This document shows positions 24,721-38,326 of a stretch of 64,000 nt of DNA, in pieces. Below the pieces are notes generated by a model that saw only the letters and a list, made by a program, of their open reading frames with translations, made no database searches and was not told the DNA's origin. Position 1 is the stretch's first letter. The number at the start of each line of letters is the position of its first letter. The translations under genes were made by a program, and so were the position numbers. This DNA is from Octopus bimaculoides (Eukaryota). The stretch lies in the NCBI RefSeq assembly GCF_001194135.2, contig NC_068986.1, positions 30,287,091-30,351,090 on the forward strand, given 5' to 3'.

Positions 24721-25299
24721 AAATGCAAAATATCAAAAATGTTGATAAAAAGCTAGATTAAAATATAATCTAAATTGGTGAAAACCTAATGGCATTTGAA
24801 GAATTGATCCATTTCAATTCTTTACTTGTAAAGCATACAGATGTTGCAGTTCAAAGAATGGCCATTTAAACTGGACCCGGTTATAGTCACCCTATTAACT
24901 AATGATAAATTTAAATCTCAGTGGAATACTGAATAATATGAAGATTAGGGTTGTTATAATAAGGCTTTTGTTCTCTTTAAGAAACATATTACTGGGCCAT
25001 CTGTTGTGTTCATTATTCTACTGTCAGAGCTATTGTATCAGTTTCTATGATCTTGCCAGTGAATGAGACTGATATAGTCAATCAGCCTGTTATAAATGGC
25101 AGTCAAATCATAACATGCCATGAAAGTAAAAAGACAGATTGGAGGAGAGAATACATGAATACATTAGACAACATAAGGTAGACTGTACCTGAAGAAATAG
25201 TGAAATGATCACAGCTGGAATGCCTTTGTTTATAATCTGCTTCATCAGGGATATCTTGGGGAGAGAAAAACAGCAACAACAATAATTAGAGATCATTCT

Positions 25300-27100
25300 G
25301 TGTTATGTCAGGTATCTTAGTATGAAGGGGTGCATTTGTTTCAGTCTCAAAGCTTAAATTCTTGTTTTATATAAGATTTTTAGAGATTTCATCAATAAGC
25401 AAGGATTTCTTCACTTCTTCAATATATCAACATATAAACACTGAACTCTGACCTTGTACCTTCATGGAAGATGTGTCTGCTGTATTCTGAAATGTAAATG
25501 GATAATGTGCTTAGACTTGGGTAACATGTCCAAGCTGTCCGATTTTACAGATGCAAGCATATACTCATCACAGACATACAGTGTCACAGTTTACAACATT
25601 CATTGGTGTGCTATATATATATATATGTGTGTATATATATATATGTATGTATTGGTGCCACAAAAAATTGCACCCAGTCCACTCTGTATTGTGGTTGGCA
25701 TTAGGAAGGGCATCTATCCATAAAAAAAACCATGCCAAAACAGACAGTGGAGCTTGGTGCAGTCCTCTGGCTTGCCAGCTCCTGTCATACTGTCCAACCC
25801 ATGCCATCTAAGAAGATGGATGTTAAATGATGATGGTGTGTGTGTGGTCACCTTATAAGTTCATCAGAGATTCTGTTTCCTGGCATTTGTGGCCGTTTTG
25901 AAGGTTTTAACTGCATGTTGTTAATGGAGAGAGAGAGATCATGTAATGTCACCTTTGGAAAATGTTCTCAAGGTCTCTTTTCACAGAAGCAGTGTTTGTC
26001 TAGTTTGAGAGTATTTATTTTTTCATTGAAATAATACCTGTATGCAGAAAGTTAAAGAGGAACGAAGTATATAAATATATGCATAGGAGTGTTTGTTGTT
26101 TAGAAGTCAGAGCAAGTAGGCCATTGATATACAGAAAGAAGATTGTGGGAAATATTGTTGAACCTTGCGTACGTCAGATGACCAGGATATTGTATGATTT
26201 AGCATTTGTGAAGCATGAAAGTCTTCTGAGTGCTCATGACTAAGGAAGGTGTAGTATTAAAGGTATATTTTCTTCAATGTCTCCATTGAATTACATTTTT
26301 AAGGTGTATGTATGTCTATTCACAAGAAATATAACCTTGAATTACAGTTGAACTGAGTGAAGGTGGAAAAGTGCACTATTGACACCTGTTGTGAAGGAAC
26401 AACGTAACATGAACATCAAATTTCTGATCCAATTTTATTTGGATGAATGACGTCCCTAAACAGACATTTTATGTAACCCTTCATATTAAGATTCACCAAC
26501 CCTGACATATAGTATAACACAGAATGATCATGATTATCATACCAAACTTTGCTGGAAGTTTTGCTAGTATTAAAGCCTTCTCTGTTTTTGCCAAATTTAG
26601 TTTTGAAGGAAGATACTTTTGTGTGTTTTGTCAAAAGTAAGAACTCCATTGGATCTAACTATATGGAAGTCTATTAGGGACCACAGAGAAATGAAAGTCA
26701 AGGAAGGGACTATTAATATTCACTTTAACTTTAAAGCTGGTGGTGAGGGCTATATTCCAATAGTTGGCTTTGTGTCTTGGACTGAAACAGGATCTGAGAC
26801 ACACTGTTGCATGTATTTTATCCCTAAGTCATAAGATAAAGAATAGACAAATTCATGGATACATTGTTTGAGGGACATCATTTGCATTAGTTTGCTCTGT
26901 CGGTGACTGAAGCTTCCGTGTTATATAAATACTGGGGAGAAGTGATACGTAGAAGTTTGAATTTGTTTGTGTGTGTGAAAAACACTGCAGGCAGATCAGG
27001 TAGTGAATCTATAGAGGAATATTGTATCTTAACTAAAGAGCAGCTGACAGAATTTAGAGAATCGAGTTCATTATAAACCACCTGTAAAAGTGAGGTAGTT
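25300..27100 (-). mobile_element. Highly degraded LINE reverse-transcriptase remnant, interrupted by a SINE at about 25.7 kb
   Basis: Minus-strand fragments ANYWNIALTTSFKV (cf. NYRPIALTS.LSKV) and TQGSTIFPTIFFLYINGLL (cf. PQGS.L.P.LF.LYINDL); many stops and frameshifts. Confidence 0.45.
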
Positions 27101-28656
27101 GCTGTTTGTTATTAGGACAATCTCAAACTCTATTCTAGTTGGGGTTGATGTATTTCTGTGGATGGATGGAAGATAGATGCTAACAGACCTACACAGAAAA
27201 GTATGCAACTATGTTGTTGTATACCATTGGAAGAGATTAATGATGTAAGATGTCAGAGATCATTGTAATCTCCATTTAACAGATTATCTAGGGCTTATTA
27301 TGATTACACTTTTCCATTCATAATTTTGCTAGATTTTCATAGTAAACATCCATTTAGGATATAGTAATTATGAAGGATATTCAATGGCTTTTTGATGTTG
27401 CAACTCACAAGTTTTTACCTTTCCATTATGGTTTAAAGTACAATTTTTTTCTTTTTCTTTTATATTGTAATATCTACAATACTTTAGCTATTTTTTTTAT
27501 CTAATATTGATACCTACATTATTTTGTTCTTTTGTACTACTTCTTGTAGATTCTTTATCTAGCATAAACAGCGTGACATTTCCATTCATGTCTCATTAGC
27601 AACAGCTATATTTCGTGCACAGATTGCATCCTATTTGATAAAAGCACAGCATGTCTTAATGCTAAATGTGGACTTCAAACCCTGCAGAAAGCAAGGAAGG
27701 CATAGCTGGTGCATTGGATATGCATGGACCACACCCAATTGTTCATTTTGACTTATGAGTCATAGGTATACTTGATGAGGCTTAACAGGAATAGGAGGCA
27801 CACAGTAACAACATCAAAAGGTCACTCACCTGACCCTTGTGGAGTATTCAACAGTTCCTATTAAAATTGGACTGAGAAAACTTGTATTCTGATAACAAGC
27901 ACTTAGATTACCCTAGATATGTCAACACCCTACTTCTTAACAACCAAAGGCTAGCATGCTCTTGATGTATATTTATTTATATAAGCTCATTTTAGTGCTA
28001 GAAAATGGGGAGTTAAAAGGACAAAGTACCAAAGTGTCACGAAGTACCAAAGTATCACAGGCTATTTAATCTTGTACCTCTACATTATAACTTCCACAGG
28101 GATTAACTTTGAATTTCATCTTTCAAGGATGATAAACATACTAGAGTGAATATATAATACCACTCCTCTTCAGAAAGAAAATTGGCTTTGTCCCTAGTCA
28201 AAAGAAACACACTAACATCCTGTTACCTGTCCATGTGAATAGGACTTTTGTTGGTCTCTAATTACACAAAATAGTTTACTTAAAATTATGAGTTAACATG
28301 AACATTTTTTTATCTATTCTTTTCACATAAGTTTTGCATCACATTTGCTTAATCATATTAGATTATGTCATAGCAAAAAACTAAATTACGACTCAACAAA
28401 ATTGACTGCTGAATTTGGGAATTTTGTTTTCCATGTTCAAATAGTTTCCTCTGTACATTAACACACCTAAAACAGTTTCAGTGATTGAAAATGTTTGCCC
28501 ACTCCCAATAAACTTCTTCCTACAACCCTACCTACCTACCTACAGACTCCTTAATTTCTCTTAATGATTAGAAACAAAAGTTGTCCCCAATAAATGCTGC
28601 TAAAATAATTAAAATAGTATTAGTAATTGAGCTGATATTGTCTTGCCTTCACTTTA

Positions 28657-29059
28657 TACTCTTTTTTACTCTTTTACTTGTTTCAGTCATTTGACTGCGT
28701 CCATGCTGGAGCACCGCCTTTAGTCGAGCAAATCGACCCCAGGACTTATTCTTTGTAAGCCTAGTACTTATTCTATTGGTCTCTTTTGCCGAACCGCTAA
28801 GTTACGGGGACATAAACACACCAGCATCGGATGTCAGAGATGTTGGGGGGGACAAACACAGACACACACACACACATACATATATATATATACATATATA
28901 CGATGGGCTTCTTTCAGTTTCCGTCTACCAAATCTATTCAAGGCTTTGGTCAGTCCGAGGCTATAGTTGATTACACTTGCCCAAGGTGCCACGCAGTGGG
29001 ACTGAACCCAGAACCATGTGGTTGGAAAGCAAGCAACTTACCACACAGCCACTCCTGCA
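28657..29059 (-). mobile_element. SINE family A, full-length copy
   Basis: Reverse complement of the 47447 element. Confidence 0.85.
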
Positions 29060-29850
29060 CTTTATAATTAATTATTTCTAATTAATTTTTTAATACTCCC
29101 TATATTAAGCAGTAAGTTAACACCTAATTTAACTTATTAGTTTCCATGATGGTGTCCCTTAGTAATTAACTTTAGTAATTAACTTTTTTCTAGAAATGTA
29201 AGATATTTATTACGAAAGATCCCCTTTTTATAAAAATATCATAGTGGCATTTGTTAGTCAATCTATTTAATAGTCTATCTTGAAGACAAAATGTTTGAAT
29301 ATGTTGTTAATACTTTGTTTCATGTGACCTTTAGCCTCCATGTTACTGCTTGCTATAATAGTGTCTAACTGACACTATTCATGTCACCTAGCTGCAATGG
29401 TATTTTCGCTATGTCAAATATTCTGTAAATATAACCTCCTAACACTTCTTACTTTCAACATGTCTGCATATCTTAGAAAATGATGCAATTAATGGGAGAG
29501 AAAGCTGGTTCACCTCTTATCATAAACAACCTTTTTCTTTATCAGAAATTAAAGTGTTGTCCAGCTATCGGATGGTGTTATCTAATTAAAGAAAGATATA
29601 ATCCAATTGTATAATGATATTTTATATTGTCACACCTAAAAAAGGAAACAAAAAAGGCATGTGGAGTTGTGGAGCAGGAGGTGGGGAGGATTATAGATTA
29701 GAAGAAAAGGGGTAAGAAGACTTAGGGCAGCTTTTACAAAATGTTAAGTCTTTTAGGTAGCTTTGGGTAATAATGAATGGAGGCTAAGAATTCACAAACC
29801 GAAGAAAGAAATCATTGGGGTGACTGATTGTATGTAATGTCAGGGTGAGG

Positions 29851-30190
29851 GTTTTAGGGGCAGAATGGGTGCTTGTGACACTGTTTAGAGGAGATAGAAC
29901 AATACTGTAATATTAAGTGAGAGTTTTAGGGACAAAATAGGTCCATGTAACAATTTTTAGAGGAGTAATACAGTAATTAGATACAAAACTGGTGCTTTAG
30001 ATGAACAACAGCTTTAGATGAGATTGAGTAATACTTTAATATTGATCTAAGGTTTTAGGGGTGGAATAGGTTTGTATGACAGTTTTTAGATGATATAGGG
30101 CAATACTATAATATTGGTGTAACATTTTAGAGACATAATCGGTGCATGTGGCAGACTTTATAAAAGATAGAGCAATAATATCCAATTTAG
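29851..30190 (+). repeat. Degenerate ~72-bp minisatellite
   Basis: TTTTAGRG-initiated units at 29851, 29923, 30052 and 30124, with a shorter unit between; recurring TTTAGAGGAG and CAATACT.TAATATT. Confidence 0.6.
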
Positions 30191-32036
30191 AATAGAAAAT
30201 CCTTTTGTAGCATTGGTAAAAGTTGTAAAGATAACACTGGGTTTGTTAATTGTCAGTGAAAATTTCTTATTTAAAAACATTTCACTCCCATAATCTAGTA
30301 GCAAAATCATATTTCTTAACACTAAAAATAAATTTATGGAAAATAAGTGCACATACCAAAAACAAAAAAAAAAGAACAAAGGAAGAGTATGGATGAGTCT
30401 TTGGTCTCACCATGGACAAACTCTCTCATGCTAGTGGCATATTAAAATGCACCAAGTTTATATTGTAAAACAGCTGGTAAAAGGGGCATCCAGCTGCTAA
30501 AAAAGAAGTGCCAAAAATAACATGACATGGCCAACAACAGAGTTGTGACTGGATAATGAAGGGAATGCAATATGTGATGAAGTACTGTGAGACATTCAAC
30601 AACCCATGCTAGCATGGAAAAACAGGCTTTGAATTATGTTAATAACGTGTGCACCTTAAGAAAAATGACTTGGCAGAATCATTGACACACTAGAAAAAAC
30701 GTTCTTAGCAACACATCTTCTGGCTTTGTTCTGAGTTCAAATGCTGTTAAGATTGACTTTGCCTTTCATCCTTTCAAGGCTTTTAAAATTAGTACCAGTT
30801 GAGCATTAGAATCAATGTCATTGACTAACCCCATCCCTGAAATTGTAGACCTTGTATCCATATTTGTATGAATTTATATTTACACACACACGCACTTCTG
30901 ATAAGATAGTAAATCAAATGCATGTTAACCTGATAGAATGATGTCTGTGCATGTGTGATAACAATTTTCAGATCTTCATGCTCTGTTGTAACTTCCATTC
31001 ATCCATCACAAGATTACCTGAATACAAAGTTTTTGCACAAGCAAAACATACTCGTACAGTTTTGACACCCTTCAAGCATCGAGCATACAGACATTATGCA
31101 TTAGTAATTTACACTACTAATTCATATTAGCCAATTTAACCTGTTATCAATCATTGCTGATTATTATTTTTTTAATTTTTACATGATCATATGAGTCAAT
31201 AGTGACCTATTTAATAGATATCATAGCTATATTTGCAATGGAAGTAGAGGTCACATTCTTTTTCTGGGTTAAATCTTTGTTCAATACAGAATCTAGTAAT
31301 TCTAGTAGAAAGCTTGTTGTTTTGTTCCAGCTTAGTCCCGATTTAGCAGACAAGATATTAGATCAATGGCATTTCAGTCTAGGCCATCCATTCATTTTAA
31401 GAAGCATTATCTAATGTGTTTTCCATTTCTTCTGTCAATAGGATATTGAATGAGAGAATTTAGCTGCTATTTCAAGCTGGTTGAATAATTGCATAGAGGT
31501 TCTCTTGGTTTTCTGACTCTTTTTTTTTTTTCCATTCTTAATTTGAACGGTAAGTAAGGAGTATGATTATATGAGTCAAATGATTTTTAGGTGTCGGCTT
31601 TAATTTAAGCATTATGCCAGAGGGCAACTGAAGTTCAAACTAAGCTCAAATAATATTTTAACTTGATCTTGTGTATGGTCTTCACCACAAACAAACTGGT
31701 CTCTAAAAACCAGCTTGTGTAAATGAAGACTGTTACAGATATTGAGAGAATTAGTTACATGTATGTAACCAGTTATTTAAACATGCCAGTGCATACAGCA
31801 AATAGTTGAGTCATTTGATTATGTTAGTAAATTTAATTATTTAAATTATTCAAATCCAAGTAGCATTAAACAGGTTAACCTGAAATAATTATGTAGCACA
31901 GGAAAGACAATATTACTCATTGTTTAATATTAGATCCTTTTGACAACTATGGAAGACAGTAATGGAAATGTTTTAGAGTTAATAGTTTGCCAGTGTTCCT
32001 TTCTATGAAAGTACCCACTCACAGAATAAACAAATA

Positions 32037-32508
32037 CAGGTTGTCGTCAACTTACGACCTATCCGACTTACAACCGATCGCCTTTTCAACGATTGGCACA
32101 CCAGATTCCCCGGCAGCAATAATAAATAGACCAGTTGAAATCTAATGGGTTTAATTTCTTAGATATTAACCCATCTAAATGATGTCAGCAAACAAACGCT
32201 TCCCCTGGGTTTGGTTATCAATCGCCATTGTGGTTATCCCAAGTGTTGGATGAATATCCTATCGCGGAGATATTGAGGCCACCTCATATTTATTTATAAG
32301 GTGACTGCTTGAAACTCCAAAACTTTTGACTAACACCAGTATAATAGTATAATACAGAATGGCTGTGTGACTTTTACCTGAGAATGTACCTTAAGAATGT
32401 AAAAATATAAAACAAAGCTATGTATAGGCCTATAAGCCGACTTATGACCAAATCGACTTACAACCAGTCAGTCAGAACCCATTGTAGTCGTAAGTCGACA
32501 ACGACCTG
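32037..32508. mobile_element. Tigger/pogo-like MITE, 472 bp
   Basis: TA|CAGGTTGTCGTCAACTTACGAC ... GTCGTAAGTCGACAACGACCTG|TA (19/22). Subterminal repeats of the form CGACTTAYRACC occur near both ends. Confidence 0.85.
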
Positions 32509-34591
32509 TAGTTTGTGATTTCACAAAGTTTGTATGTCCTAGGCATTATTTTCTTAGTTTTTGTAGAAGTAGCTTATTTTTAGTTTTCCATACAAATAGG
32601 AACTTTCTTCATCTGTTTTACATCTGTTTTTCCATGCTGGCATGTGTTAGTCTATGATACTTAGGCATTGTTTTACAGTTAGATGCCCTTTCTATTTGCT
32701 AACCCTTGTCTGTTTTTTAAGTAAGGAAGTTTTCATTCCACTAGTTTATGAAAGCACAAAATATAATGAATGATTCGTTGACAGGAAAATATAACAAATG
32801 AAAGACAATAGGGATAGAGTAACAGGAAGTGTGAGTAGGTAGGTATGTTTGATAGTATGAAAATTTGAATTACACATGCTGTGAAGTGAGGACTCAAGAA
32901 CTGTACATCTCTGGGTGTATTTCACTCTTATTAAACCTCATCAGCAAAGCATGCTACAGTATCAACTATATTACTTAATGAGTGAACTACTATATGAATG
33001 TACAAAAATGTACACGTTGTCATGATGACAAATTAATCAATAATAGGGGCAATAAACATTTGAAATTTCTGTTTTTTTTCAATGTGTTTATCGTTCACAA
33101 AGAACTACAGTTATTCACCCATTTTCAGTGAATTAATAATGTTCTAGAAAAAAAAATGAAATACCCAAAACTTAATAAATTCTAATTTGGTCTCATTTTC
33201 GTAGATTTTTTTTTTCCTCCCACTTCTCTTGCTTTTAGTCAAAGGACATTTATTACAAAGACTTCAAATAAACACTTGTAGTTCTGATAAAAAAAACTTT
33301 TCCATTTGATGTTGGCAATTAGTCTCTCTTTCTCCCTCAATATCTCTCTTTTTTTCTTATCTTAAAGTTAAATGTGAATAACATGTTGATCACAATTACA
33401 ACAAAAGTATATTAACTTCAATAATATAACCTAAAAGCATTTCAGAGATTGAATTATGTGTATTATGATAATACGTATATTTATATATAATATTACGTAC
33501 ATGGATGTACTCAGTAATAAGATGCATACATACTTTACAGGGTATATAATATTTAGTCTTAATGTTTTTTTGTTGTTGGTGGTTTTTTGGGTTTTTTTTT
33601 TTTTACGAAAAGTGCTCAATAAATATTTATATAAATTATGATTTATTAGAAGCTGCAACATAAGTGTATACCTATACAGCAAAAGAAGAGATGGAAATGC
33701 AGTTAATTTCTGATACACGATATAAACAAAATTCGCATGATCTTACTTCAGAGCAAGTTTTTCATTCTGCTGGTTGATCGATACCTAGTGAGTAGAATTT
33801 TGGAGATGGAATTTGCTCAGAAATGTCTCGTATCTATAACAATGAATAACACTTGTTTGGATTCATATTTTGATACTAAAAATAAGTGAAAATAAGGTTC
33901 TGGAGAAATATCTATATTCATCTACTAAATTGCAGTAAAACTACTCATCCACATCACAAGCCAACAAGGAAGCCTCTATGTGGTCATTTGTCTTGCTAGA
34001 AAAAGCAGTTTAAAATTTTTAACTTAATTTCTCCCCACCACCATTACCATTTCTAGAGTTTAAGAAACTTATAGTAAGTGCGTGTATGGGCTCAAAATAT
34101 AAACTAATATAATTAGCAGTACTCCGCCATCACTGTATTTGTCAATCCTCTTGACATTGCACATCAGACAACTAGCTACTGTGGTACTTTCACTATATGT
34201 CTGAATTTCATAGAAAATACCAACAAGATTGTTTAATTAGCTTAGTTGTGATACTTTCACTATGTGTTTCTTTCATGGAATCACTACAAGGATATTTGTT
34301 TGCTGAATACCAAGTTGGAATAGATGTAATTTTAACAGGCCTAAATTATTGAAAGTGTAAGTAGTTATCTAACCCATGCCAACAGATGAAAATGGATGTA
34401 ACACAGAAATGAACAAACATGTATTTCGATCCATTTAGTCCCTTCAGATACAGTTTTGCTACAAGTAATTAACTATAAAATTAAATATTTATGCTTTATT
34501 GATTTTCCCCGGGTATGTACTGATATCAAAATAACTGACAAAATAGTAACTATTTTTGTTGTACTTTAACTGCTCTCTATCCATTTAGATA

Positions 34592-34967
34592 GTGGAGGCG
34601 CAATGGCCCAGTGGTTAGGGCAGTGGACTCACGGTCATAGGATCGTGGTTTCGATTCCCAGACTGGGCGTTGTGAGTGTTTATTGAGCGAAAACACCTAA
34701 AGCTTCAGCAGGGGATGGTGGCGAACCCTGCTGTACTCTTTCACTACAACTTTCTCTCACTCTTACTTCCTGTTTCTGTTGTGCCTGAAATTCAAAGGGT
34801 CAGCCTTGTCACACTATGTCATGCTAAATATCCCCTAGAAGTACGTTAAGGGTACATGTGTCTGTGGAGTGCTCAGCCACTTGCACATTAATTTCACGAG
34901 CAGGCTGTACCGTTGACTGGATCAACTGGAACCCTCGACGTTGTAAGCGATGGAGTGCCAACAACAA
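34592..34967 (+). mobile_element. SINE family B, full length with 11-bp TSD (1 mismatch) and (CAA)n tail
   Basis: Colinear with the 54178 copy; CCATTTAGATA (34581-91) / CCATTTGGATA (34968-78). Confidence 0.88.
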
Positions 34968-37661
34968 CCATTTGGATACCCCAACTGACCATGTTTGTTT
35001 TAACATTTGGGAAAAGCAATTTTCCTCCTCTGTCTTCAATTGATTATATAAAATATGGATGCATTAAGGAAATCAAATCCATTTTATTTTGCTTTCCAAT
35101 TTATTTAACAACTGAAATATCTATAGCTAGAAAAAATATTATTTTTATTCCTATACATTTTTTCCATTCTTTTCAAGTGAGAGAATAAAAATGCTCTATA
35201 TTGTCGCTTTGTTTTTCATACTCCATAGATTACATTAAACTATAAGTAACCTGAACTAAACTAGTTTTTTTCTCTTCTGAATTTCTTATGCAAAAAAGGT
35301 AAACACAAGAAAACATGTTTGAAAGCCAACTAGCAAGTTCTACTGTTTTAATTACTATGAGTAGGAGAGAAAGAGAGAGGGATAGAGAGAAAGATTTCCA
35401 AACTTAACACTAAATATTATCAGTCTTGCCTGTGGGAGGGAAACAGACCACACAAAAGTTTCCTTTCTGGAGAAACTTTCAACAGCTTTCGAAATTTCCA
35501 CCTTCCTTCTTATCTTCTTATTTAACCACAACCACCATCAGGAAACGTCTTGAAAAAAATACTTGAAAGAAAAAAAAAATCTGTAAACAGCACTCTTGTT
35601 AAGAATTTACACCTGTCTTTGAATTCTCTGAAGATTCATAGCATATCGACTTCCTTTCCATGCACCACTGACAATTGTGTTACCAGCAGTGAACTATCAA
35701 TTTAAAAATACTGTTCATACATGTAAATTTTGTTATCTGGAAACAGTTTGTTCTCATTTTTCTGTCTTCAAGTAAGTGTCAGCATTTATCATTTCCTCCC
35801 TCTTATAACTTCCAAAAATTTCTTGTTTACTGTCTTTATGTATGTATGTATATACATATATGTGTGTATAGTGACCCTCAAATGACATGCATATGTGCGG
35901 AGTATCCAGCTTGAAAGAGAAATATTCAACTAAGTTCTGTCCATATAACTATTGTGCTCAAAAATGTCCTTTCACATTTGAAAGTGCATGCAACAAACAT
36001 ATGTGCAGCAACTCTCTCTTTCTCTCTCTCTTTCTCTCTATCTTTCTCTCTCTCTCTCTCTCACACACATGCACATGCACACACACACACACACACACAG
36101 ATATAGACATAAGTTTGTAAGAAAATGTCAGAGAACTGAACACTTTTTTTTTTTTTTTCTTAATGAGAACAACCCTTCATGAAATTGTAGTTATTAATGT
36201 TTAAAAAATTTGGCTGAGAAACTGTTCATTATTAGATCTAAACAGTGAAACAATCATTACGTAATATCCCGTAGCCTTCTAATTAATAAAACTTGTGTGT
36301 GGACACAACACGTTACTGGTTTGATATAGAGTAACCTGTCTATATTTTTCTCATAATAAAATATTCTTAAGAGACCCTAAAAATCCAGTAACTATCACTC
36401 TTTTAGTATTTCATATGTTGTCTGTGTTTGGTTAATGAGTTCAGTAAATTTAAGGCTTAATACTTAAGCAAACAATGTGTGTATGGTTGAACTAATATTT
36501 TTGTTAGTAACCATTGTTTAGCCACCAAATCAAATTAGATTGAGCATACCTATAATCAAAGGCATTCCAGTCGTAACCATCTCTCTCTGTTTCTTTTTCA
36601 CCCCAGTCATACTATATTTAGAACTGCATTATCCAATGTGTCCTTCCATCATTTTTAAAATGATAGTCTGTAATTTGAAGAAGATTTAGCTACTATTTTC
36701 AGTAGGTTGAACAACTGCATAGAAGCTCTCTTATATTCTTTGATAGTTTTCTTTTCCTGGTTAAGGTTAGGCAAGTTTGCAAGGTGGCCTTTCTTGAATT
36801 ATTTCCATGGATTAGTTCAAATTGTCTTTGACACTTCAATCTCTTCCTTATCCTGCTTAATCTAGTTTCCTTAAGCAGTGTGATTTCAGATTAACCAAAC
36901 TGGTTATGTGACCTAATATTTCCACATTACATCACTGACCTTAACACTATTTCAGATTATAAGGTCAAGTAATGATTATAAAAACAATTATTTAAAATAC
37001 TGCTGCTGAAAAANNNNNNNNNNAATCAGCACAGCTTGTAAGTTAATCATTCAGCATTAATCATTTCTAATTTAATTTAAGTTTTAAGTACTTTTCATTT
37101 CGTTGTTGTTATTTTTCTATATTTTAGTATTATAACAATAGTTGTATCAAATGTACATTTCTCTTAGTCAGCTGATTGTTGACATTTTCTTTTGTAAAGG
37201 TCATTTTTATGGATATTTATTTCCAATCCTTACAATCCTAAACAACTTAATGTCATTATAGTTAATTAAAAAAAATTATATGGAAAAGTGATTAAACAGA
37301 ATTCAGCACTTCAATAGTTATTTTTCGCATTCAGTAAAAATATTTTCATATATATATTAATATATGTTTCCATCATACCCTTCTTCTTTGTCAAGCCTCC
37401 ATTTCAGATTTAAATTGTGTGAAAGTTTAAAATTCATACTGCAATAATTTTTCTTTCTTAATAATGATTTTTTAACTATTTTTTTTTTTTCATTCTCTTT
37501 GTTGCTCTCCTCTAAAATTACTACTAAAAGTTTGACTGAAAGTTATGCATTTTGTCAGAGTAAAATAAGAACAATGTGTTTGAGTATTCTAATGTAAGCT
37601 CAAAGCAATAAATTTATTCTTAGATAAGAATTTCATTTCTTAATCCTTACTATTTAAAATA

Positions 37662-37868
37662 TTTACTCTTTTACTTGTCTCAGTCATTTGACTGCAGCCA
37701 TGCTGGAGCACCGCCTTTAGCCGAGCAAATCGACCCCAGGACTTATTCTTTGTAAGCCTAGTACTTATTCTATCAGTCTCTTTTGCTGAACCGCTAAGTT
37801 ACGGGGGACGTAAACACACCACCATCGGTTGTCAAGCGATGGTGGAGGGACAGACACACAAACATATG
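37662..37868 (-). mobile_element. SINE family A, 3' half
   Basis: Reverse complement match to 47650-47863. Confidence 0.85.
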
Positions 37869-37984
37869 CATATATTATTGGAGACATTATTTTACAGCTT
37901 GATGCCCTTTTTGTCCCTAACCTCTTACCTGATTTTCAAGGTCTCTCTTATTTCACGTCTACAAAGGTGCAAAGCCTTTCTTGA

Positions 37985-38326
37985 CGGGAAATGACAACAG
38001 TTGTTCAGCTGAGCTCTCTTCTTTAGTTCCTCCTTTAAGAACTTATCAGCGATCAACTAGACTTGCATTCAGTTCTCATCAGTATACTGTGCAACTTCCT
38101 AAGTGTCATAAAGGACTTTACAGTACCAGTTTCTTCCCTCGCACCTCTAAACTTTGGAATTCCCTTCCACAGTTTTGTTTTCCTCTTCAATATGACCGCC
38201 AATCTTTTAAGTCTAATGCACATCGTCACCTATTGACTTCTGTCTAGCATCCATTTTATTCTTAGTAGCTCTTACATTTTCAGTGGTCCAAGGACCTTGT
38301 AACGAGTGAATGCTTTAACAAAAAAA
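37985..38326 (+). mobile_element. 5'-truncated CR1/Jockey-group LINE: ORF2 C-terminus, 3' UTR and A tail
   Basis: CSAELSSLVPP...STSFFPRTSKLWNSLP..CFP..YD.QSFKS, stop at 38245-47, short UTR, A-rich tail ending at 38326. Confidence 0.75.

Noticed and set aside
35400-35777. Alternative coding first exon ending at GTAAGT 35772
   Set aside because: There is no in-frame ATG after the stop at 35690 in the frame needed for exon 42086. A non-coding exon cannot be excluded but has no support.
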